A stretch of 64,000 nt of DNA from Neocallimastix sp. 'constans' (taxonomy: Eukaryota), in contig JBODTK010000146.1 in NCBI GenBank assembly GCA_050613775.1, forward strand, positions 62,001 through 126,000, given 5' to 3'. Of this stretch, positions 31,947 through 44,100 are shown one piece after another; the stretch's first letter is position 1, and each line of letters opens with the position of its first letter. The notes under the pieces were generated by a model. That model made no database searches, was not told the DNA's origin, and saw only the letters and a list, made by a program, of their open reading frames with translations. A program made the position numbers and the translations under genes.

Positions 31947-33484
31947 TTTTATAAATTTTATATTAATTTAATTCTGGATATTAGTATTTATATTTTTTAA
32001 AATAAACTTATATTTGGAACAAACTTTCAGTATATGAAATACATACTTTATTAAATAAACTTTATATATAATTAATTTTTTTTTAAAAAAAAAAAAAAAA
32101 CTTTTCTTTTATTACTATTATTATTATTATTATTTAAGAGAAAAAAAAAAAAAAAAAAAAAAAAGAATAGAAATATTTACTACTTTTATATCTAAACATA
32201 TATATAATATAATAATAATATTTGAAAAATAATAATTCTTTATATTAAATAATATTTTCCATAATATAATATAAATTTTTTAATTATATATATATTATAA
32301 TTTTTATTAAAATATTGTTTAATAAATTAATTTTATTATATCTATATATATATATATTATTTTTTTATATTTTTTTTTTATATATTATTATTTTTATTAT
32401 TATTATTATTATTATTTTATATTAAATTTTCATAAAAAAAGCACGTTTAAATAATTTATATATAGATATATACATAATGGATTACTTAAAGTTTATATCT
32501 TAATATTTTATTACATTTATTTGAAACAAAAAAATTATTTGCTTTTTTTTTTTGATATTTATTATTCCATTTTTTTATTTAACAATAAAAAATTAATTTT
32601 ATATTAAATTAATTTTATATAAATTTTAATATATAAAATTTTATAAAATTTTATAAATAAATTAAAATAAAAAAAAAAGGTAAAAAAATTATTTTAATTA
32701 CTGGTAAAAAATTAAAAAATTCATTATTTTAATTAAAGGAATATTAAATATATTTATAAAATTATTATTTTAATAACTTTATTTTCTAATTTTTAGAAAG
32801 ATATTATTTATATAAAATGAACCTTTTTAATATGATTTGAATGAAATATACAAAAAATTAATATATATTTTTTGCCTACCTTCCAATGCTTATCATAGTT
32901 TTCATTTCTCCATGGCGAAAGTGGCGAATAGATAAACCTTCTCTTTAAGTTTTAGAAGAAAAAAATTTTATGAAATATGATTACTTTTTAAATATATATA
33001 TATACATTATAAACTGTAAAATTTTATATTTAACGAGATTAATAGAAAATAAAAATAAAAATTAGGATCCAAAAAAAAATGATGTAATAGTTAATATTAT
33101 AAATTTTGATATAAATTAATAAAAAATTTATCAACCTAAATATGAAGCTGAATAATAAAATTATCTAACTTTATTTTTATTATTTATTTTTATTAAATTA
33201 TTACCATTATTGTTTTTATATAATTATTGTTATTATTTATTTATCATTATATTTATTAATTAATTATTATTTATTATTTATTATTTATTTTAAATTTAGT
33301 TTTTTTTTATTTCCATACAATTTATACTTTATTTATATTACTAATTTAATTTAATTTAGAAGGGATAAAACTTTAAAATTAGATAATATTTATTTTTTAA
33401 ATGAAAAGAAAAATATTATCTCAATTTATATATTAAGAAAGTAAAGGTCAAAAAAAAAAATAAAAAAAATAATAATAATAATAA

Positions 33485-33506
33485 TAATTTTATATTAATT
33501 TTTCAA

Positions 33507-33546
<40 letters not shown>

Positions 33547-33782
33547 AATGATAATAATAATAATTTCATATTAATTTTTCAACAACAACAAAAAAAAAAA
33601 AAAAAAAAAAAAAGTAACAATAATAATAATAATAATAATTTCATATTAATTTTTCAACAAAAAAAAAAAAAGGTAACAATAATAATAATAATAATTTCAT
33701 GTTAATTTTTCAACAAAAAAAAAAAAAAAAAAAAAAAAGTATCAATAATAATAATAATAATAATTTCATATTAATTTTTCAA
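33485..33782. repeat. Minisatellite, ~5 units of aataataatttcatattaatttttcaac(A)n
   Basis: The unit atattaatttttcaa(c) recurs five times with variable poly-A spacers. Confidence 0.85.
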
Positions 33783-33850
33783 ATTAAAATACTATTTATA
33801 AATTATTAGTATTCATTATTATTCGTTTTTAGATGTTATTACTTATTATA

Positions 33851-33872
<22 letters not shown>

Positions 33873-33890
<18 letters not shown>

Positions 33891-34130
33891 TATAGATTGA
33901 AGACTTTGGTCTTCCCTATATAGTAATATGGGTGTATGATTAACTGCCATACCAGTAAGGCGTCGGCGCTCTCAACTCCCCATAAGCAAAGAAACTCCAT
34001 ATAGAAGCACCCTACGCGATCCTCGAGGGAAAGCAGAGCCAACTATAGGTGGCGTCCTTGCCATCCCAGAGGAGCTGGACACAGTAAATCCTCTCAGATA
34101 AGGCTTACGCAATGGGATTCTTATAGTGTT
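33873..34130 (-). mobile_element. 5'-truncated poly(A)-tailed non-LTR retroelement end (LINE 3' end or SINE tail)
   Basis: GC-rich island abutting a poly-T run (33873-33891). Perfect hairpin GAAGAC-TTTG-GTCTTC at 33899-33914. The 30-mer at 33945-33974 is 25/30 identical to 47921-47950. Confidence 0.65.
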
Positions 34131-35084
34131 AGAAATATACTTATATATAATTTAATAAGTTTTATTATTTTTATATATTTAATTTGGTATTGTATATATT
34201 ATTATATTATTACTTCTTTTTATTACTTTTTTCTTATTCATTATATATATAATGTATGTATATATATCCATATGGCAATAAGTTTTTTTGATTAAATATT
34301 TATATATCCAGAGGGAAATAAACTAAAAAATTTAAAAAAAAAAAAAAAATAAAATAAATAAATAAAATAAGAGGAAATTTTATATATTCATTTTTATATC
34401 AATATTTTAATAATAAAAATTAAAATATAATTAAAATAAAAAAAAGTATTAATAATTAATGTTGAAATTAAATAAATAAGTAAATAAGTATATAAATAAT
34501 ATTTCATTATATCTTTTATTTGATTTTCAAAAATATAAATAAATAAATAAGTAAATAAATTTATTTATTTATTTATTTGTTAACATATATTAAATATAAA
34601 GTATATAATTTATTAAAAATAAGCTTCAAATGTATTGAACCATTGAAACATATTATATATATTAATATATCAGCCATATTGTAAATATAAAAATACTATT
34701 AATATTTAATTCATCATAAAATATGTTAATAAAATGGACATAATTATTAAACCCTACTTTTCATTAAAATTTTAATTATAAAATATAATAATACGTTATA
34801 CTATTTTTATTATATAATAATTTAATCTGACCTATTTTAGAAATTAAAAATTTATAATATTAGCTAAAATTTGTGGCTTATGTATATATTTTATACATTA
34901 AAAATTTTATATTATTATTCTTAATTATTCTAAAATATATATATATATTATTATATATTTTAGTTTTTATTATTTAAATAAATGAATAAATATATATTTT
35001 CAAATAATAATTACCGAATAATAAAACAAATCATTTGATATAATTATATTTAGGAAATGTACCTTTAGTAATAAAATTGACAAA

Positions 35085-38018
35085 ATGGATCAATTAAATT
35101 TTAAAAATATAATTGAAAGGTATTATATTTATTCAATAATAATTAATACATTTTTATTATAAAAGAATATGATTTAAAAGAAGAATATAAACTGATTTTA
35201 AAATTTAAAATCTTTTTTTTTTTTTTTAATAATAATTAGAGATGAAGTTATAAAAGAAATAAAAAATTTAAGGACTCTAAATAAAATTGAGGAAAAAGTC
35301 TCGAATTTTGCAAGAAAATATGATAAATTTTATCAAGACTTTAATATAATTTTAATCTGTATAAAAGAAAATCTTCCATATGATGTAATTGATTTTTTAT
35401 TAAGTAAGCATAATGGAGATTTTAATGTCTATAATAAAGATGCCTATCCATTATATATATTGCTTACTGAAAAAAAATATAAATTTGTTGAATTATTATT
35501 AAAATATGGATTTAGTATTAATGCAAATATAAAATTTGATAAAATAAATGAGAAATGTAATTTATTTTTTGGTTTATTAATAAATAATAAATTGGATGAT
35601 GAAAATATTAAATTTTTGATTACACATGGGATTGATATTCATAGCAAATTTAAAATGAAAGACAAATTAGATAATAAAAGTGAAAAATCTAGAATGATAG
35701 ACGTATTAGTATCTAAATCATTTAATTCAAATAAAAAAGTAATATATCCATATTATGAATGTTTGAAATTTCTTTTTAATTATTATTCAACAATTAATAA
35801 TAAACCAATTATTTATTTTATTTTTCTTGGGAAGAATAAACTAAAAATTGAAACACAAATGTTCAAAAGTTTATTGGAAAATAGTATTAAATTTGTAAAT
35901 CTTGATGACTTGCCTGAGAGAATTCTTAAAAAAATTATTCAAAGTAAAGCATTGAAAGTAATTAACTTATTTATTTCGTATATTGGAAAAGAAAAATTTA
36001 AAAATTCAAAATTTTTTGAAAATTTGAAAACAATAAGTACTTCTCTTGGAGAAGAGGAATTTCCTAATTCAATTGTTCAAAATTTTTTAAGTGGAAACGA
36101 TGATATTAAAAATAAAATTAAGAAAAGTTTTTTTAAGAGTATTAAAGAAAACAATGTTGCAATTATTAAAGATATTTTACATACCCATAAAGAAATTATC
36201 AATACTAGAAACAAAGAAGAGAAAACACCATTGATATACGCCGCACAACATTGTACCGGTAAACCAGAAGTAATTGATATATTAATCAAGAATGAAGCAA
36301 ATAAAGATGATGTTGATATAACAAAATCAACGGCACTGCACATTGCATGCCAATACGATAATTATAATTCTGTTCCAAAGTTAATTACAGAGAAAAATAT
36401 TAATTCCGTTAATGAATATGGTCTAACACCTTTGATGATTGCGATAATGAGGAATCATTATATGTGTGTTTTTGCATTATTATCAAATAATTATAATATA
36501 GATATTGTTAATGTTACTGATAATAAAAACAATACGCCATTAACTTATATGATTAAAAACAATATGGGATTTGAAAGTATGTATGAGTTATTAATAGACA
36601 AACATGCCTATATAGATTATAAACAATTTAAAAATGAATTAAATCCATATATAATACAAAATAAATGCTTTATAAATGCAATAATTAATAAAGGTATTTA
36701 TTTATTAATAGATGGACGTATTAATTGTATAAAATATCCATTAATATTATCAATTAAAGAAGGTATGCTTGGTTTGTTTAAAAAGCTTTTAAAATATTCT
36801 AAATTTATCAATAAATTTGATGAAAATAAAAAGCCATGTTTATTTTATGCACTTGAAAATAATAATGAGGAATATTTTAATTTTTTAATAAATAGTGGAA
36901 AAATAAATGTTGAAGATTGCGATGGTACCGGGAAAACCCCAATAGAGTATTCCATTGAATTAAATAAAGAAAAAATGACGAAATTGTTATTATTTCAATA
37001 TGTAGATATTATCCTAAATAAATATAAAGCGAATTTGAAAAATATTATAAATTCTAAATTTACTGCAATAAATTCAGAATTATCAAAACAAACTAAATTA
37101 AATTATTCAAAAATAAAAGATACTCTCAATTTATTTAAAGATCAAGTTGAATCAAAGAATAAGGATACCTTTAGGAGTGAGATATCAAGAGAAAATCAAA
37201 ATTTACATGAGAATAAGAATATAAGTAAAAACGAAGGAGTTTATAAAAATGAAAATATAAGTCAAAAGAATTATAAAAAGCATCAAGTTGAAGAGGATAA
37301 TGATTTTAGTGAAAATTATCCAATTAAAGACCCCAAAATGGATGAATATGATGTTTTATTTAAAGCATGTTCTTTAGGAAACTACGGAATTATCGAATCA
37401 TTAATTAAATCTAAAATTTATAATATTAATACAACAATTGGGGAATTCAAGTTTACACCATTAATGACGCTTATTTATTATGAGCACTATTCTTGTGTAG
37501 ATTTATTAATAAAATATAATGCTAATGTAAATATTAAAGATATTAATGGAAATTCACCTTTGACATATATGTTAAAATATTCAAAAATTAATAAAAATAT
37601 TTATGAATTATTAATTAATAATGGTGCATATATTGAATATAATTTGTTTAAAAATGAAAAATTTCTTGAGAAAATTTTAGAAAATAAGTATTTTATGGAT
37701 TTATTTATACATAAAAAAATTAAAATAAAATATAATAAAAACAAAGAAGAAGATGAAGGTACTCTCCTTATAACACCTTTAATTTTTTCGATAGAGTTAA
37801 ATAATTATAAATTTTTTGAAAAGTTATTAGAAAATAATATTGAAACGGATGAATTGAATACAGATAAAAATGATCCAATTACAGTTGCAAAAAAGATAAA
37901 TAATGAAAAAATTGTTAATAAATTAAAACAATATATTGAAAATAATAGGAATAACAGTAATAATGAAAATAAATTCCTAAACATTAATAATGATAATAAT
38001 AATAATAATAATAATAGA

Positions 38019-38058
<40 letters not shown>

Positions 38059-38060
38059 GA

Positions 38061-38091
<31 letters not shown>

Positions 38092-38779
38092 GTATTAATA
38101 ATAATAATAATGAAACTGAAGATAACAAAATTAATAATAATCATCCAGAATTAAAAATATCATCTACAACTAGTCAACTAGAAGATAAATGTATTTTAGA
38201 AAAAATGAAAAAAGGTAATGTTTATGCAATAAAGGAAAAGAACAATAATAAATTATTAAAAGAAATTATGCATAATCGCATTGAAAATGTCAAATCTATG
38301 ATTAGAAATAATAGTGTAGATATTAATTATGAAAGTGAAACTGGATTAACACCATTATTAAGTTCTATCTATTGTAATAATATTGAAAGTATTAAATTAT
38401 TGATTAAAAACAGCGTAAAAGTTGAAGCTTGTAATGAAAATAATGTAACTCCAATAAAATATGCTTGTAGATTAGGAAATGAAGAAATTATTGAAATGTT
38501 AATAAAACAAATTGTTAATTTAAATGAAAATTATCAAAATAACTCTTATTATAACTTGATACTACAAGAAATGGAATATAAAAATTTTTTCTTAGTTGAT
38601 TATATTATTAATAATTCTATTGAAAAGCCAGATGAACATATCAATTTAATTAAAAAATTTGTAAAAACACCTATATTATCAAATAGGTTAAAGTTTAGAA
38701 ATATCAATGATAGATATAATTCTTTGGATCAGGAATACAAACGATGTGAAGAATTTCTTATTTCACAAATTAAATCCTC

Positions 38780-38841
<62 letters not shown>

Positions 38842-40109
38842 GTAATAGTAATAATGGTAATAGTAATAATAATAGTTTTAGTCGGGTCTTAGGTTCAAGT
38901 GAAAATAAAAGTACGAATGATATAAATGATGAAAGTAATGAGGAAATAAGTAGTAGTTATTTTACAGATAGTAAAGAAACCATTAGTTTCAGTAAAAGTA
39001 ATATCAATATTAGTAATACCCCATATTCTTTATCTAATCAAAATAATTTTGATACTGACGAGGATGAAGTATCTGAAATTAATAATTCTAATAATAATGT
39101 TGAAGAATTCGGTGTTAGGTTAAGTGATAAACAAGATAATAGAAAAAGGGAAAGTAATACAAAAATTAAGGAAAATAAAAAGTTAGCCAATCTTGTATTT
39201 TTATCGATAAATAACCTTGATTATGAAGCTGCTGTAATACTCATCGAACGATATAATTGTATTAATAATGAAAATAATGAAGGATTTAATATATTAACCT
39301 ATATTATATTAAATAAAGACAAATATGATGAAAAATTTTTTAAATATTTGATTAATCATGGAGCCTATATCAATAAAAATATTTTTAAAAAAGAATGGAA
39401 GGATAGTTTAGAAATCATGAGTAACGAGAAATTTATTAATTATTTATTAAAGGAAAAATTAAAATTTAAATTTAAAAAAAATGAAGAACCTAAAACAATG
39501 ACCTTTATCCTTTTATTACATTATTTAATAAAATATAAAAACAGTAAATATCTCAAAAAAATTTTGGATTCAAATAAAAAAAGAAAAAATCCAAACAGTA
39601 TTATTAATGAAGAAAACCCATCATTAGTGGAAGAGATTACTAAAGAAAAAAATTATGAGATATTAGAAATATTATTAGAGTATATTGATCCAAAAATGAA
39701 AATTAATAATAAAACATTATTAATGTTTGCTGCTGAAAATAAAGATAATCATAAAAATGAATATGATAATCAAAAATCCCTAAATATTATTAAATTATTA
39801 TTATCAAAAGGTATTGATATTAATGAAAAGGATAACAATAATGAAACCGCTCTTTTTTACGCTGTAAAATGTAAAAATGAAAAGATTATGATACAATTAG
39901 TTGATGAAGGAGCTGATATCCAAATTAAAAATAATAAAAATGAAAATATTTTATTTACAGCTGTAAGAACAAATAAAAATTCCATAGTAAATTATTTATT
40001 ACCAAAAATTAAAGACAAACAATTAATTAATAATGAAAAGCATAATGTAACTTATTATGCTAAAAATAATAAAATAAAAGATCTGCTTCATCAAAATGGA
40101 ATAAAATGA
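35085..40109 (+). CDS. Large ankyrin-repeat protein with Asn-rich linkers; probable exons 35085-35119 and 35240-40109
   Basis: Multiple ankyrin motifs (KTPLIYAA, TALHIAC, GLTPLMIA, GKTPIEYS, FTPLMTL, GLTPLLSS, ETALFYAV). The frame is open upstream of the TTG at 35460 back to an AG acceptor at 35238-35239, in phase with a short ATG exon at 35085. Confidence 0.88.
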
Positions 40110-40137
40110 AGAAATGTTAAATAAATAAATAAATTAA

Positions 40138-40219
<82 letters not shown>

Positions 40220-40602
40220 AAAAAAAAGAAAGAAAGAAAGAAGGAAAGAAAGAAAAAAAAAAAAATTTTTTTATTGATTTAATAACAACTTTTTAATATT
40301 TAAATATACAAATTAAAACCTATTCAATATAATATATATATAAGTTCATAAGGTTTTAGTTTGAAGTTGTTATCTATAATATATACATCTAATAATATTT
40401 TTATCTATTATTTTATTATTTTATATTTATTATTTTTGTTTTTATTATTATTTATACTAATTCTTAAACATATAATTCCTAAGGTTGAATTTATTAAAGT
40501 TTTTTCAATCTTGGATAATAAAAATAAAAATAATAATTTTTTTTATTTTATTTTATTTTATTTTTTATTTTTTTCTTTTTTTCTTTTTTTCTTTTTTTCT
40601 AT

Positions 40603-40654
<52 letters not shown>

Positions 40655-40776
40655 TATATATATATATTTTATTTTTATTTATTTATTATTATTATTATAT
40701 TTTTTAAGTTCTTTAAATTCTTTAAATATAAATAAAATTATTAATATAAATTTAAATAATTTGATACAACAGATTT

Positions 40777-40961
40777 TGTTAAAATTTAATTTATTAATAT
40801 ATAAAAATAAAGAAAACAAACACTCGAACGTACAAAACTCAATTAAACAATTGGGTTTATGAAATAATAATTTTATTAATAAATATTAAAATAATATATC
40901 TACATTAAACAATGTAAATTTTTTATATAAAACTTCAAAAATCAATTAAATCTAGAAAAGA

Positions 40962-41018
<57 letters not shown>

Positions 41019-41122
41019 GTTTATAATAAAATATTAATAATTACTAAATAAATACATTTTACATTGATATTTGTACTACATATTATTTATTTTTGAATAT
41101 TAAATGTATTTATTATTTCACA
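40777..41122 (-). repeat. 3' LTR of copia element (346 bp)
   Basis: Direct repeat of 46927-47268; follows the PPT on the minus strand. Confidence 0.95.
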
Positions 41123-41142
41123 TTCCCCCTAATTATTAATTT

Positions 41143-44100
41143 TTATTTATATTTGTATAATAAACTATTTCTAAAATTTTGCATTTTATATTTATTTAAA
41201 AATTTCGTCAGACCATCTGCTTTATTATTCTTTGATTCTATGTATTCAAGTTCTACTTTTTTTTCCTTTATTAATTCTCTGATTTTATGATATTTAATGT
41301 CAATGTGTTTTGATCTTGGGTTTATTGTATTATTTTCAGCGTTATATATTGCTGCTTGATTGTCAATGTAAATTTTTATGCATTCTCTTTGATCCTTTAT
41401 TTCTCCTAAAATGTTTCTATACCATAAAGCTTGTTTCGCACATTCACATAGTCCATAATATTCGGCTTCTGCGGTGGAGGTAGCTACACACTTTTGAAGC
41501 TTTGAGTACCAACTAGTTGGACCTGAACCCATAAAATAGATAAAACCTGTCGTAGACCTTCTCGTTTCTTTATCATTAGCATAATCTGAATCGACATACG
41601 TTTTTAGACATTTTTCTCCATTAAATAAAATACCGTAATATTTTGCTCCTTTTAAATATCTGAATATTTGTATTACGTTTTTCCAATCTTTTACCTTTGG
41701 TTCTTTGCAATGTTGAGCTACTCTATTCACAGAAAACATAATATCTGGTCTTGTACAGATAGCCAAATATATTAAACTTCCTACGGCGGACCTATACGTT
41801 GTTGGATCAAATAATTCTTCATCATCTTCTTTATCAGATAAACTTGGTTCGGTAGTTCCTATTTCTTTACAATCTTTTAGTCCAAATTTTTCGAGTATGT
41901 CTTCCAAATATCTTTCTTGATGTAAAAGGTAACCATTAGGAATCCTTTCTATTTTTATACCTATAATAAAATTTGCTTTACCAATATCAGTTACAGAGTA
42001 TTTTTCTTTAATTAGTCTTACTGTTTTATTAATTTCATCATCTTTACCTGTAATTAATAAATCATCTACGTATACTCCTATAACACACACGAGTTTATTA
42101 TCTTTTTTCTTAATAAAAATACACGGTTCACTGACTAATTCATAGAATCCCAAATGTTTTAAAGTAGTACTAATATTATTATTCCATTCTCTTGCAGCCT
42201 GTTTTAGTCCATATAAAGCCTTTTGTAACTTAAAATATCCTTTTCCAAAATTTGGATCTCCTTCAGGTATCTTCATAAAAATGTCTTCCTTCAAATCGGC
42301 ATACAGATAAGCTGCCTTTATATCCATTTGGTGAATGTTAAAATTGTTTTCTGCAGCAATAGATATTATTATTCTTAATGAATCCTGCTTTAGTGTTGGT
42401 GAAAAAGTTTCTTTATAATCTTCTCCATATTCCTGGGTATAGCCTCTTGCTACTAGCCTTGCTTTATATTTATCGATTTTTCCTTCACTATCTCTTTTAA
42501 TTTTGAAAACCCACCTGGAATCGATTATATTAGCGCCTTCAGGAACCTTTTCAATCTTTTTAAATACTTTCCTTTCTTTCATATTATTTAATTCGTTTTC
42601 TATAGCACTTATCCATTTTTCTTTGTCTTTTCTTTTGAAGATTTCCATATATGAATTTGGTTCTCTGATTTGGTTAATTGTCGTTAAACATTCCCTTTTT
42701 CTCTTATTACTGTTCTCTTGTATTTCTCCTCTATAGTCACTTACGTTAATTCCTTCCACATTTTCCTCTACATTTGTATTTACATTAGCATTTTTATTTA
42801 AACTTTTAACCTTTCTTTTTCCTTTATGCATTATTGTTTCATATTCTCTACTTTTATTTTTATTAAAATTTAGCGAATCATTATTAATTATTTTAAACTT
42901 CTCAAAATTTTTATTATTGTCCATTTTTGATTCATTAATTTTATTTTTTGAATTAATTAAATTATTTTTTAATTTATACGATTTTAATAAATTTTTATCT
43001 TTTGAAAATTTTTTATTGTCTTTATTTTTAAAAGTTAAATGTAAATTAGATTTTTGATTATTTTCTGAATAATTATTTTTTATATTAATTTTATATTTAT
43101 TTATAACTTCTACATGATTTTTTTTAGGATTTTTATCAAACTTTACAGGATTTTTGTCAGGATTTTCAGGATTTTTGTTTTCAATTATTTTGTTTTCAGG
43201 ATATATTTGATTCATTAGGTTTGTATTATTTTTCGTATTATTTGTTTTTATTTTTATTTCCCTTGAATTCTTATTTTTTAATTTTGAATTGCTTGAATGA
43301 TTTTCGGCATTAACTTTATTTGGATTAATTTCTAAATTAATTTTTTGACTAATTTCTTTATTATTATTATTATTATTATTATTACTACTATTATTATTAT
43401 TATTATTATTATTTGGAATAATATTTTTAACAATTTGTTTATTGTTATTTTCAAAAATTTCTTTGTTTACATCTAAATGAGAACACTCTTCATTGGGATT
43501 ATTTTCACTCAAATTATTTTCAATCAAATTATTTTCACTCAAATTATTTTCACTCAAATTATTTTTACTCAAATTGTTTTCAGTTGAATTATTATTATTT
43601 GAAGTATTTTCAACTAAATTTTTATTTAAATTATTTTCAATTAAAATATTTTTATTTGAATTATCTTCAATTATAATGTTTTCTTTTAAATTAAACGCGT
43701 CATTTTCATTATTTTTGTTTATAATGGTAATTTCTTCTTTATCATAGTCATCTAATTCCAATATCTCTTTACCTTTATCTTTGTTTTTATTTATAATAGA
43801 TACTTTTTCGCCGTTAATACTTTCTCCCTTACCTTTATTGAAATAAATATCTTCGTTAACATTTCTATTTAGAATAACTTCACTATTATTATTGATTAAT
43901 TTATTCCTTTCATTAATAATATTTATATTGTTTTTAATATTGTTTTCTTCGTTATAGTTCTGTTTACTTGTTGAACTTTCTTCTAATTTTTCTTTCTGTT
44001 TTGCTTCACCTAATGAAAGCGTATTCGTTTTTGTATTACCGTGCTTTATCAACGTGTTTATGTTCTCAAGTTTCTCTTCTATTAATTTAAATTTATTCTC

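Noticed and set aside
32870..32945. GC-richer patch considered as a hammerhead ribozyme or ncRNA
   Set aside because: No CUGANGA core and no convincing stems.
33485..33782. CRISPR-like repeat-spacer array
   Set aside because: The spacers are only poly-A/AAT, the context is eukaryotic and there are no cas genes. It is an ordinary minisatellite.
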